This document shows, piece by piece, positions 26,559 through 38,700 of a DNA stretch of 64,000 nt; the first letter of the stretch is position 1, and every line of letters begins with the position of its first letter. A program made the position numbers and the translations under genes. Location of the stretch: the IMG/VR virus record IMGVR_UViG_3300028844_005756, positions 21,834 through 85,833 of that record; one strand, 5' to 3'. The notes under the pieces are model-generated. The model worked only from the letters and a program-made list of their open reading frames with translations, did not search any database and had not been told where the DNA came from. This stretch comes from a virus.

Positions 26559-26828
26559 ATGAGTGAAAATAAGTTAAACGAATATAATAGTTGGCGAGTA
26601 TTATTTTATGAAAGTGAGGATGAACTTTATGAAGGATATTTGTTTAAATCTAAAAATGATGCTTTAGAAGCAGCAATGCAGTTTTGTAGACAAATGAGTC
26701 CCAATGAGAGAACAAAACTTATAAAAGCTAATGCTAAAGGTATGATATTAGGCGCCAGAAATTCTAATGAATTTACTATCATAAAACCCCCCGAAAACGA
26801 AAAATTTAAAAAAAGTGAAAAACAATGA
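26559..26828 (+). CDS. hypothetical protein
   Basis: ORF in operon. Confidence 0.55.
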   Translation: MSENKLNEYNSWRVLFYESEDELYEGYLFKSKNDALEAAMQFCRQMSPNERTKLIKANAKGMILGARNSNEFTIIKPPENEKFKKSEKQ

Positions 26829-27262
26829 AACATCTTTTGAGTTTATTTTTAGTATTTTGTTTATTAATAATTACTAATATTTCATATGCAGAAGATTTAG
26901 AATTTCCTATATTCAAAAGTTGCTATGATGGTGACACTTGTAAGTTTGATATACCAGATGTGCCAGATGTTTTTGGTAAAGGTCTTTCAATAAGAATACG
27001 TGGTATTGATACACCAGAAATACGTGGCAAATGTGAAAATGAAAAGGTTCTAGCAAAAAAGGCAAAGGAATTCATTAACTTTCTAATGAACAAAGCGACA
27101 ACAATTGAAATTAAAAATGTGGAAAGAGGAAAATACTTTAGAGTAGTTGCTGATGTTTATGTTGATGGTAAATCAATTGCGGAATATATGATTCAAAACA
27201 ATTACGCATTACCTTATGAAGAAAACATTGATTGGTGTAGATACAGGCGCATAAGAAAATAA
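26825..27262 (+). CDS. thermonuclease (SNase) with signal peptide
   Basis: YDGDT, IR..GIDTPE, GKYFR.VADV; hydrophobic N-terminus ending SYA. Confidence 0.9.
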   Translation: MKHLLSLFLVFCLLIITNISYAEDLEFPIFKSCYDGDTCKFDIPDVPDVFGKGLSIRIRGIDTPEIRGKCENEKVLAKKAKEFINFLMNKATTIEIKNVERGKYFRVVADVYVDGKSIAEYMIQNNYALPYEENIDWCRYRRIRK

Positions 27263-27381
27263 CACATTACCTGAAGCTTTATATTAGACACCAGTTAATT
27301 TTTATAATCAAGATAAGCTTAGTTATAGCAAAACATTTAAAAAAATAAAAAAATAATTTACACCTCTCATATATTGAGTGA

Positions 27382-27389
27382 TATAAATA
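27382..27389 (+). promoter_or_regulatory. T4-type late promoter TATAAATA
   Basis: Exact motif upstream of a structural gene. Confidence 0.65.
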
Positions 27390-27446
27390 AATAAAACACT
27401 TCTATCGTATTTGAAATATTTAAACAAAAGAATTTTTTAGGCAACT

Positions 27447-30350
27447 ATGAGTTATATTCCCCAATTATTATTAGCTAATACATTTGGCGAATGGTTGAAT
27501 ACAATAAATGATGTTATAGCTGAAAATAATAATTCAACAGCAAATGGCACACCAAATACATTAACAAGATACGATGCTAACGGTTCGCTAGAATTTAATG
27601 AGTTAAAAGTCTTTGATTTACAGCTAAAATCTGGACCTGTAATACAAGAAATCAGAACAGATTTTACACAAAATAATGATACGTCTTTATGTACAACTAA
27701 ATCTGTATATGATTTAGTTTCGGGCGCAACTTCAGTAATTGTTCCTGTAAAAGCCAAGACATTAACTTTTGGAACAAGTGGATTATATGTAAATACTATT
27801 TCCACATCTTTCGGTCCATTAGATAACAAAACTCTAGTAACTTCAAATGCAGTTTATAATTTATTAAACGGAATCAGAACTGTACCTATTGCATTTAATA
27901 CAGACACACTTCAATTTGGTACCGGTCTTGTTATTAATGCAATAGCAGATGATTTTAGTACTATTGATAGTAATACTGTTGCTACAACAAATGCTGTATA
28001 CAATTTACTTACTGATGGAGCAATAAGTTTAAATACAGTGTTTAATAACTTAAAATTAGGAAGTGGTCCTAATATTGATAAAATTGTTACTAACTTTACA
28101 AATACACCACCTGATGATACAAGTTTAGTAACAGCACTTGCTGTATATAATCTAGTTGGTGGACCAGATAATAATATCACTACACTAGAAGGTGTAAGCT
28201 TAGAATTATCATCTGGCAATAAAGTGACGGATATTGTACACAATTTTATGTTTATTAATAATGATTTATTACCAACTACAAAAGCCGTTAACGATAGAAT
28301 TTTTAATGTTCTCACTAGTGGAACACATACAATAAATCTTATAGCGAATACAGGTAATTTTACCGAAAGCCTAACTGCTGATGATATACACGCAAATACT
28401 GCAAATGTTGATGTATTATTAATTGCAAATAATATTAATGTTACAAACACACTATCAATAAATAACCTAACTGCTAATTATATCACTGCAAATGTAGTAG
28501 ATATGCAAACAATGATTTTTGATGATTTAGTAGTTAATAATGTTCACACAGATTTTTCAACAATAAATGATGAAACTTTAGTAACATCAAATGCAATTTA
28601 TAATCTTATAACAGATGGTGATGTTTCTATAAATTCAGTGTTTAATAGTACAGAAACACAAACATTTATATTAAATGGAAACACTGTAACTAATGTTGTT
28701 AGTGCAATAAACAATACAAATATAAATCAAAATACTTTAGCAACAACAGTAGCCATTTATGATTTGATATCAGGTAATAATACGACATTACCTTCAGTAC
28801 CACTCTCAGCAAATACACTTCAATTTCCTGGTGGTGATCCTAATGTATCAATAAATTCTATATCTACAGACTTTTCAACTATTGATGACAATACTTTAGT
28901 TACTGCGAATGCTGTATACAATTTATTAACAGATGGTCAAATATCAATTGATTCTAAATTTACATCATTAACTCTTGAAAATGGTGTAACTGTAAATGGA
29001 ATTTTTGATTCTTTTACAACTGCAAATATTAACAGCTATTCTATTGCTACAACAGCAGCAATAGAAAATGGATTGACTAATGGTTCTATTGCTGCTTATT
29101 TTAGAGAAATAGAAGTTGATAATGTTTTTTGTCAATTTATAAGTGTCAATAATTTAAATTATCTAGACTCTATTTCACAAAATACATCTTCTGAGAGATT
29201 ACAGGGATCAATTGTTACTCCATATGTTTATACTTCAGCTATTGAAGCATATAATGAAAAAGATGCAACAAGCACAGGCATATTATTCGGTGATAGAGGA
29301 GCATCTCCCGCAGGTGAAACTATTTCTTCTACAACAACTGCAATATTTGCGAATGGTAATATTCAATTAAAAATTGAAGATGGTAGTATAAATGCAATAA
29401 GCAATCCAATCATAACAACAAGTAATGTTGTAAGTGATCATATTGACTCTGATTATGCAAAGATAAATTATATTGTTAATAAAGCAACTGCAAATACACT
29501 AGTGTTTCCTGATTTTGGAAATCAGGAATTAATTGGTAATACAGCCACTCAAACATTAACAAATAAAACTTTAGGTAAAACAGACATATCCGGAGATATT
29601 GTACCTACAGTAGATTCAATATACAGTCTAGGTTCGCCTGCTAATAAGTTTAAAGATTTATTTTTATCTTCAGCTACATTGTGGATTGGTGATAACATAA
29701 AATTGGATGCCTCTTCAGGTGTTGTAAAATATCTTAAAAGAGATGTCAATGCAGTACCATTTATAATTTCTTCGTTGGGAGGTAACGGACCTAATGCGAT
29801 TGCATATGTGAATACAACATTTAATTATAATCCAGCAAAAACTACTCTATCAGAATTAACATTAAATGACCATTTAAGTTATCTAAACACTTTTGCAGGA
29901 TATGAAACATCTGATGTAGGTACATTACTACCTCCTGAAGTAGATAGTAATGGAAACATTAGCTATTATTATAATATTAATGATTATGATGAAATCATAT
30001 ATTCAGAAACTCCTGGTAAAAATGCTTCTGAAGTTTTAACTGATGATTTAAATGCAACTATTGATTATCATGAAACTGATAATGTTGTTTTCAAAAAACC
30101 ATATGGTGATTTTTTCTTAATAGTAAATCGAGTGTCTGAGTTGGAAGGTGTAACGGTTCATGCAAAAGTGCATGTGTTGCAAAATACAACACCTTATACT
30201 TTAAGCAATATAGTGATAAATGGAAATACAGTCTCTTCAATGAATATGTCTGGTAATTTAGAAATGCAAGTAGCAAACACTTATAATACTTACGATATTG
30301 ATGCTGTTTATCTAGACAATCAGTGGTATAGCACGGTTATGGTAAAATAA
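27447..30350 (+). CDS. virion fibre-like structural protein with ~9 internal repeats
   Basis: NTF.EW...IN N-terminus; repeats of I.TDFSTID.NTLVT.NAVYNLLTDG; TQTLTNKT and YSLGS..NKFKDLFLS fibre motifs. Confidence 0.7.
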   Translation: MSYIPQLLLANTFGEWLNTINDVIAENNNSTANGTPNTLTRYDANGSLEFNELKVFDLQLKSGPVIQEIRTDFTQNNDTSLCTTKSVYDLVSGATSVIVPVKAKTLTFGTSGLYVNTISTSFGPLDNKTLVTSNAVYNLLNGIRTVPIAFNTDTLQFGTGLVINAIADDFSTIDSNTVATTNAVYNLLTDGAISLNTVFNNLKLGSGPNIDKIVTNFTNTPPDDTSLVTALAVYNLVGGPDNNITTLEGVSLELSSGNKVTDIVHNFMFINNDLLPTTKAVNDRIFNVLTSGTHTINLIANTGNFTESLTADDIHANTANVDVLLIANNINVTNTLSINNLTANYITANVVDMQTMIFDDLVVNNVHTDFSTINDETLVTSNAIYNLITDGDVSINSVFNSTETQTFILNGNTVTNVVSAINNTNINQNTLATTVAIYDLISGNNTTLPSVPLSANTLQFPGGDPNVSINSISTDFSTIDDNTLVTANAVYNLLTDGQISIDSKFTSLTLENGVTVNGIFDSFTTANINSYSIATTAAIENGLTNGSIAAYFREIEVDNVFCQFISVNNLNYLDSISQNTSSERLQGSIVTPYVYTSAIEAYNEKDATSTGILFGDRGASPAGETISSTTTAIFANGNIQLKIEDGSINAISNPIITTSNVVSDHIDSDYAKINYIVNKATANTLVFPDFGNQELIGNTATQTLTNKTLGKTDISGDIVPTVDSIYSLGSPANKFKDLFLSSATLWIGDNIKLDASSGVVKYLKRDVNAVPFIISSLGGNGPNAIAYVNTTFNYNPAKTTLSELTLNDHLSYLNTFAGYETSDVGTLLPPEVDSNGNISYYYNINDYDEIIYSETPGKNASEVLTDDLNATIDYHETDNVVFKKPYGDFFLIVNRVSELEGVTVHAKVHVLQNTTPYTLSNIVINGNTVSSMNMSGNLEMQVANTYNTYDIDAVYLDNQWYSTVMVK

Positions 30351-30369
30351 TAATTCACAGGTGAATAAC

Positions 30370-30404
30370 AAAAAAGCCGAGGTTTTTACACCTCGGCTTT
30401 TTTT
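30370..30404. terminator. bidirectional rho-independent terminator
   Basis: AAAAAAGCCGAGGT...ACCTCGGCTTTTTTT between convergent genes. Confidence 0.9.
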
Positions 30405-30425
30405 ATTTAAACAGCGTTTGCACTA

Positions 30426-32765
30426 TCAGAACTGAATACTAATCTTCAAGTCTTCAGTTTGATTTTGTGAACGAGATACCATACTTCTGTTCTCAACGTA
30501 AAGAATTTTACCAGAACCAGGTAACATGCCTGGTGTATTTGCTGTATTAGCAGTAACAGTAAATGCCTCTACATTTTGAGCATCAGCAGAATGATAACCT
30601 AGTGATTTAATTTTAAAATCACCACTTGCTAAAAGTGTACCAAAATCTTTTCTTGGCTTAATTACACGGATTCTCTTAGAGAATACATCATGATCTACAA
30701 TTCTAGCAGTAGCAACTAATAGACCTGTTGAATTTGCATAAATTCCTACATCCATATCAGGTTCAAAGTTTAATGTATTACCATTCAAACTTCCTAAAGA
30801 AGCAGATGTTAAATTAATTCTATAACATTGGTCAGTTTTATAACCTCTAAACAATTCTGTATATGCACTTGGATTCATCCAGAGTCTTGTTTGATCTGAA
30901 GAATAGGTTCTTGGATTTTTAAGAATACCAATCTTTCTGAATTCGTTACCAACTGTAAATTCATCAGATTCTGTACCTTCAAATCTAGCATTAATCATAA
31001 CATTATGACCACCTAATTCTTCTACAGCATCAAATCCATGTCCTCCTACGGGTGGAATATGTGCATGTACTGTAGCGGTAGAATAATTATTTGCAGTACC
31101 AGTAACCATAGCACTATCTACACGATAATGATATTTACCAGGATTTGTTACTCTTACATCAAGTACTCTACCCGGTCGTTCTCTATGATATCCAGGTGTT
31201 GTTGTATTAAACAATGGTTCAACAATTCCATATGCATTAAATCCATCAATAGGATCTGTTGTCGTAGTACTTTGATGATTCGCTTCAATTTTTACTCTTG
31301 GATGAATTTCAACTACAGCATCCTCATTTACTATCTGTGTTGCTGCAGGAAGACCGGCAACACCAGTAACACTTGTTCCTATCAAACTTTCTATGGTTGC
31401 AGAATCAATTGTAAATTCAATTGTGCCATCTGTAAAGTCAGAACCACTTGTTAATTGTACACCGCTGATTGGGAATACATATCTTTTGAATGCATCTCCA
31501 TTTAGAGTACTATCAGTAGAAGATTTAATTACAACACCATAATCTAACCAAGTATCTAATCCTTTATGACCCATGGCTACTAGTCCTGCATCAGGAGTGG
31601 CCGTCCATGTTCCGCCAGCATGACTTAAATTATTTGCAAAACTAAACATATTGTAGTGAGTGTTAGAACTTAAATCTAGTCCAGCATTTGTTCCTGCTTC
31701 TGGATCTGGAAAATCACAATTGTTAACAGTATTCCATACTATTTGGAATGTCAATGAATTTTGAGAATCATCGTAATTTACTTGTGCAGAACTTGAACCA
31801 AATTGATAATATCCATCTCCACCCTGCATTTCATATCCCTCAACAGTTGAATCATTGGTTTCAACTGCATACTTATCTACTGTAACATTTAAGATACCGC
31901 CTGGAATAGCAGTTGTTTCAACTGTATATTGATCTGAGAAATCATTTTCAATTGTTCCATTTTCTTTACGTATTCTTCTTACCGGAATATAAGAAGTGGT
32001 AACAAATTTTAATGCTTCTCCAGCATCAATAGTATAGTAATATTTCCATTGATATCCGTCATTATCGTCATCACCCAAAACCATATAATCTTCACTGATG
32101 CCACCATCAGTTACAAAGTTTAAAGGTTCTTGATATGATTTGTGATCCCACAGGTAAACAGTATTGCCGTTAACACCATTGAAATTTTCAACTTTTCTAA
32201 ACTTACCAACACCTTGCTTTAAACACTTGTAAATTCTAAATCTTCTATTCACAGTGTGAATCAACATGTCATCATAAAATAAGAAAGCAGAACGGTCATC
32301 GTAACCATCATATCTTGTACCCAAAGTCCAGTTCCTAAGGCCTGATTGGATCTCTACAGTTCTTTCACGCTTAATAACGTGTGATACTTCGCTATCGGAA
32401 ACTTTCTTAGCAGCAATCATATCATCCCAGTGATTAAAGTGTGAATCTTTTACACTATCAACTGGAAATGGAGGATTGTTTTCGTTTAAATTCGGATCAA
32501 TAGAACCATCCGGTGTATCAGAAGGATTCCACGGAGATACTCTACCTATAAACAAATACATTTGGTCATCCAATGCATAGTAAGGTATAGCATTTAGGTT
32601 ATTAACTGAAGGAGCAGATGTGACACTCAAATCACCATCTAGTCCAGGAGTCATGTCTTCTATTCGTATATATCCACCAACACCATGTTCTGATTTTTCT
32701 TCAAAACTTTCTTTAAATTGTTTTGCATTACTAACACGAAAAGTATTATGCACTAGTGCGGGCAT
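30426..32765 (-). CDS. gp8: baseplate wedge subunit (T4 gp8-like, with insertions)
   Basis: FR..NAKQF, YLFIGR..PW, WDDMIAAKKV, YKCL, DGYQWKY, PP.GGHG...EELG, GSG.ILYVENR...R...Q.ED.K..IQF. Confidence 0.9.
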   Translation of the reverse strand: MPALVHNTFRVSNAKQFKESFEEKSEHGVGGYIRIEDMTPGLDGDLSVTSAPSVNNLNAIPYYALDDQMYLFIGRVSPWNPSDTPDGSIDPNLNENNPPFPVDSVKDSHFNHWDDMIAAKKVSDSEVSHVIKRERTVEIQSGLRNWTLGTRYDGYDDRSAFLFYDDMLIHTVNRRFRIYKCLKQGVGKFRKVENFNGVNGNTVYLWDHKSYQEPLNFVTDGGISEDYMVLGDDDNDGYQWKYYYTIDAGEALKFVTTSYIPVRRIRKENGTIENDFSDQYTVETTAIPGGILNVTVDKYAVETNDSTVEGYEMQGGDGYYQFGSSSAQVNYDDSQNSLTFQIVWNTVNNCDFPDPEAGTNAGLDLSSNTHYNMFSFANNLSHAGGTWTATPDAGLVAMGHKGLDTWLDYGVVIKSSTDSTLNGDAFKRYVFPISGVQLTSGSDFTDGTIEFTIDSATIESLIGTSVTGVAGLPAATQIVNEDAVVEIHPRVKIEANHQSTTTTDPIDGFNAYGIVEPLFNTTTPGYHRERPGRVLDVRVTNPGKYHYRVDSAMVTGTANNYSTATVHAHIPPVGGHGFDAVEELGGHNVMINARFEGTESDEFTVGNEFRKIGILKNPRTYSSDQTRLWMNPSAYTELFRGYKTDQCYRINLTSASLGSLNGNTLNFEPDMDVGIYANSTGLLVATARIVDHDVFSKRIRVIKPRKDFGTLLASGDFKIKSLGYHSADAQNVEAFTVTANTANTPGMLPGSGKILYVENRSMVSRSQNQTEDLKISIQF

Positions 32766-32793
32766 ATTTTTTCTCCTATTTAAATTTTCTTAA

Positions 32794-35700
32794 TTAAACT
32801 TCAATTCGTACAGTCTCTAAAAACTCTTTTCTATTTATGTTCGGATCATTATATTCTGTTTCAAATGTATTTAGCGCACTAATATTCCAAGTATAAACCT
32901 CACTCACAGTATAATTCATTTTTAATGTGGCATGTAAATACGTCTGTTTATCATCACCTTTTCTTTTTAAATGTTTTTCAATTTCAAATCTTATATAGTC
33001 ATCAGTAAAAGGTCTAATCACAGTATTTAATAAAAAATTGTCATTCGTTATTCCATTATTTATAGTGTTTATTTGACTCTCTTTAAATCCAAAGGTGTTA
33101 TTTATATTTCCTTCTGAATCAAAACTTAAAATTTTCTCAAAATCTACTAAAGATATATCATCTGGAGTTGTTGAAAATGAATAATCAAAAATTTCTTTTG
33201 CAAATAATTCTGCTTGAACTGTAGGTATATTAGATTCTAAAATATAATATTTTAATTTTAAAGGAACTTTTTCTGTTATTTCTTCTTTTAAAAAAGTATC
33301 AACTTTTTTATCTAATTGAAATAAAAAATTTCTATCTTCAATTTCATTAAATATTTTTGTTAGATTTTCATTTTGAATTAATTCTATAGTACCATCAAGG
33401 ATCTTTTCAGTACCAATAATATTTGATACAGTTTCTTTAAATTTAGATTTTCCATCTTGTATATCAACAGTTGTGATAGAATATTGAGTTTTTGGAGATA
33501 CAATAGGTATTGTATTAATAATATCATATCTTAATTTAGTAAGAACTTTTGGTCTTATTTGCTTTTCTAAAAAGGATTCTGTTATTCTATCATTTAGCGA
33601 TATTGCACTATTTTCATTATAGACATAAGATTCACTAAAAAATTCAATTTCTGTAGAGTCCATAAAAGATGTAGAATCTATGAAAGTATGCTTATCATTA
33701 TACAATATAGATATTTCATCACTAGTTAATTCTTCCATATCAGATATAATGACATATTCTATTTCATCATTGTTTGTCAAACCTACATCTACAGTCTTCA
33801 CAGTATCATATGTGTGTTCGGCTATTTGACTATTTAAATAATTACCAATAATTTCATTTTGTTTATTAATAATAAAATCTTTTCTTCCAATTTTAGATTT
33901 ATCAGAAATAAATTCTACAAGATTTTCAAATTCAAGAACAACTTCTTCTGTTGCTATTGTATTATCTAAAATAGTTGCTTGCTTATCATATACAGTAGTA
34001 CTTGATGTAATTGCAGTATGTATTAAATCTAAAGTAGGATTATATGTGAATTCTAATTCATTTAGAACAGAAACTGTTGGAATATAATCTAAATTATAAG
34101 GAACGAGTTTAAACGGTAAATAGTCATCAACAAAATTATTAAAGTATGAAGTAATTCTATCTTCATAACTTAATGTGACATTTCTGTCAAGTAATTTGGG
34201 ATTATGTTCGTATTCATCAATTACAGAGTAAATATCTGTAGTTGCATCTGCAAATGCTGTGTTACCGTATAATGTTGTAAACGGAACTATATTCACATCA
34301 ATAGGTACTTTTGGATTGTATGTTATTTCTGGTTCATTCAGTACAGTAGCCGTTGGTACAGTCTCACTTTCAAAATCCACAAAAATCTTAGGTATCATAT
34401 CTAAAGAAAATTTTGTATCCACCCATCTACTAATGACTCTATCTTCTGCAAAAGTTTTGTTTCTATCAACTATTATAGTATCATCTTCAAATCCATATTC
34501 AAATGTTACATCATGAGTTGCGTCCGCAAATGCCGTGTTTCCATATAATGTTGTGAACGAAACTATTTCTGTATTTGCAAGAACAATTGGATTATATGTA
34601 ATTTCAGGCTCAGAATGAACTCTTACAGTAGGAATATCACTTAAATTATAATACTTTAATTGTAAAGGTCTATAGAAACCAAAGAGAGTATTATCTGTCC
34701 AGGGTCCTATAATATCACTTAATGAAAATGTTTTATGTCTATCAAGTATTAAATTTTCGTTTTTAATTTCAAATTCAAAATCAATATCTTGTGTAGCATC
34801 TAAGAATGTTGTATTTCCTGTTAATATTCTATTATCAATATTAATGACTTCCATATTTTCAACATAATCTGTAATCGGCACTACTTCAAGATATGCAGTT
34901 ACAGATGGTAATGTATCTTGACTATATTCACGTATAACCCATGGTCTCATAAAATGTTCTATGATTGTAAATTCATATGGGTAGATATAATCACTTCTAA
35001 TTATAAGTTTATTTCTATCAATAATATTGTTTTCAATGTCTTCTTCTATTTCACCCATGATATCAAAACTAGAATCTAAAAATGTTGTGTTTCCATAAAG
35101 AGATGAAAACAATTCAAAATTAGTGAGTAATTCTGTATTTGCTTGTCTCTCATTTCTTATGTAAGTACCATCTATTCTTACTGAAGGTAATTTATCCAGA
35201 ATATAATCATCCATTTTTATTCTAGAATAATCCTTAATTAAAATAGGAGTCCATGGTAAAATGATATCTCCTAAATCTACATACTTATTTCTATCTTCAA
35301 TTATAATAGGAATTTTTATTTCGGTTTGTGCTTCTGCAAGTTCTAATTCAAAATAAATAGCTGGAGGCGCTGCATCTGAGAATATGCTGTTTGGATGTAC
35401 GAGAGGACTTACATCCTCATTTGCTGTCCGTTTACTTATAATAATCGCATCTTGAATAAATGCACTTGGTATTTTATCTAAAACATAATCTGAAAATTTA
35501 ACAGGAAGATATCCAGCAATAAATTGCCTTTTCCAATTCTCAAATTGAGTATCTAATGTTATGTATTTTCTTCTATCTTCTATCTCAAAATGATTTTCTA
35601 TATCTGTTTTACTAATGACTTCCGTAGAAGAATCTAAAATAACAGTGTTGGCAAAATAAATAGTTTCTTTGTCTAATACTGTAGATAAATCCTTTGATTT

Positions 35701-38700
35701 AGGACTTGTATACAAAAAGGGTTCTGACAATGCGCTTGTGGCGGGCATTGTGTCACCCAAATATGGTTTATATTTTTTATGGAGATTATAAACTATAAGA
35801 TTGTTTTTGTAATCAACAATTTTTTCATCAAAATTAAAAAATAAATTTCTATTTAAAACATCAACAAATATTTTACGATTTACATCTGTTTCTAAAGGTG
35901 TTACATCAGTTACTGCAGGGTTATCACCTCCACTTACTAGAGTGGACAATGGATCAAATCCAGATTCTGATATACCAACAAATTTATGAACAGGTGGGGG
36001 TATTACGGTAAAGTCTTGTTGAATTGATTTGCTAGGTAATGATGGGTCTAAACTGAAAGGTTCAAATGCAAAATTATTAATGTGATTCACATGCACACTC
36101 ATAAAATCAATATCACCAGAATTTACATCATTAGCAACTATGGTTGACCAAATTATAAAATTATCTTCGTTGTATATTGGTTTTAAGTTATCCAAGTCTT
36201 CAATATTTTCAAAAGTAACTAGAGTATCAACATTAAAATTTTCGCTTTCTTGAAATAATTTTCTTTCAGGTAGTAAACTATCTTCATCAAATGTAAAATT
36301 ATCATAACTATCAAAAGTTAATTCATCCGAATCAAAATAAGAAGATGGTTTTATACCATATGCGCTTTTGTTTGTAGAATTCACAAAGGTATAATATATA
36401 ACAGGGTCAGTATCACTACTTGAATCTGCAAAATTTAATCTTGTAATTACATATCTTAAATCAGGTTCTTTTAATTGTAATGAATCTATGTGGTGATAAT
36501 TTAAAATTTTATCATCTTCTACTTCAACACTTGGTAATCCAGATTCTGTTCCTGGATGCGCATTTATACTTCCTAATAATATTAGAGAACTTACTCTATT
36601 CTTTTCAAACTCCTCAAAGAAATTTAAAATTACAACTTTTGCTTTTGGTTCAAATTGATGGTCAGGACAAAGAACTGTTTCAATATCTGCAATAGATATT
36701 TGTGTTATTTTCTTATCATCATCTGAATTTATTAGAATCGCTTCTCGGAAAATCTTAGGTATTTTTCCACGTATTGCAGGTATTCTGTTTTCAAAAGACA
36801 GTGTTGATATTCTATTTTTGGGTTTATCCATAGCCGGCTGAATATCAAACTTTGCAGCAGTAGACTCAATATTTAAAAATACCGCACTATTATTTTCTTC
36901 ATCAGATGATTGAATAGAAAGTGGTAATATTTGTTCATCAATATTAATAACAACATGGAGGGGAACATCTGTTACTGAGCGTATTGCAGTATCAGTAAAA
37001 GAGTCATTGGATAATGTGCTTGTACTTTCAAAGAATAAAAAGTCTTTTATATTAATAGAAAATGAAGTAAATGTTGTCGGTCGTTCAGTTAATTTATGTT
37101 CAAATGTATCTAATACAGTTTTGAATTCTTGCTGATAAGCTAATGTTAATACTACATCTACTTCATCTGTAATTACATCACTATTCTGGAAAGTCGTCCG
37201 TAGGGGTTCCACTGTCAACGGCCCTTGGGGTGAGGGTTGTGTTGTTGGCTGTGTTTCCGCTGAAGTTAAAAAAAAAATTTCCGAAGGATTTACTATCGGA
37301 TAAGGGGTTGAATCTACTGTATTATAGTCAAATATTATTGTATTTGACCTTGGTTGCATTATACTATAACTTTCAAGGTCTATGGCTACATTTTCATAAT
37401 CTACATTAATGAATGTTTTTTCTATCTTCGTTACTTTTGGTAAAGTATAATTATTTTCAATAAATGATTGCCAACTAATTACTTCTAATATACCTTCATC
37501 TACTTCAAAAGGAACTTTAATTGTATCTTGATTATTCTTCAATGTCAGACAGTATAATAATCCTGTGTATGGAACTTCAATCTTATCTATTTCTTTATCA
37601 ATATCTCTCAATTCCATTATTGCTCTTTTACCCGTACCGGCTAATGTTTCATCAGGTACTGCTAAAAAGTCTAGTTCTGTTGGTGGTTTTGTTTTTGATG
37701 ATAGTTTTCGTCCTTTAATTATTTTATTTGATGTAACTAAAGCTAATTCTTGGTCTGGAGAAACTGTTATAGACACACTTGAATGATCTGTATACTGATG
37801 CATTATTCCATTATATTCTCTTGTTGCTATACTATCTGGCAATTGCCAAACTATAACACCATCTTCTTTCACATTAGCAACATGCATATAGGGTTCTAGA
37901 TTTTCAAAAGTTACCCAACCATAATCTCTTGTAAGTATTTCTGCATTTGGTAAATAAGAACCTTTGCCGGATAATGTATTTCCTGAAACTAATGGTAGAT
38001 ATTCATTTCTTTCTGTATCAGAAAATTCTATTTCTGCGTTGCTAAATTGTTGTAAATCAGAACTAAATCTTGGTTCATATAAATCGGTAAATGGATCTCT
38101 TACTACAATATATCCACCCTTTGCAATATCTGGCACATGTTCAAATACACGTTCTACTCTTACTCTAAAATTATAAATTGTTCTATCTGCATCTAAAGAA
38201 CCAATTGCATTTTTTCTATATCCAATTACATCAGCAATCCAGTTTGCTTCATCTTCAACATTTATAATTTTCACAAAAGATTGTACGGCTACAATACCAT
38301 CATATAGTCTTGTATCAGTGATAATTGAATTTTTCTCATTTGTTTTTCCATAATCATCAAAATCTCTAAATGAATTTTCACTAGGTTTTGATATAATATC
38401 TTCTATGAAAAAACGAAATCCTTCAAAAATCGGTGCTATTGCATTTACTTCTATTTCTGGATATTCAGATGTTGCAATCTCCTCATTGTGAATAAATTCA
38501 TTTTCTAATTCTATTTGATTAATAACATCACCAATAGTTGCATCTGCAAAATTTAATCTTTCTACTTCTATATGCTCAAATATTTCAGCAATTATGTAGC
38601 CACGGCTGTCTATTTCTATTTCATGCAATTCATGTGTTTTTATTCTAAAGTCAAGTTCAAGTTCAAATTTATTTCTTATAAAATGTAAAAATCCTGCAGG

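Noticed and set aside
37528-37959. Active mobile intein with homing endonuclease
   Set aside because: Only ~144 aa, no LAGLIDADG/HNH domain, block B His and terminal His-Asn absent
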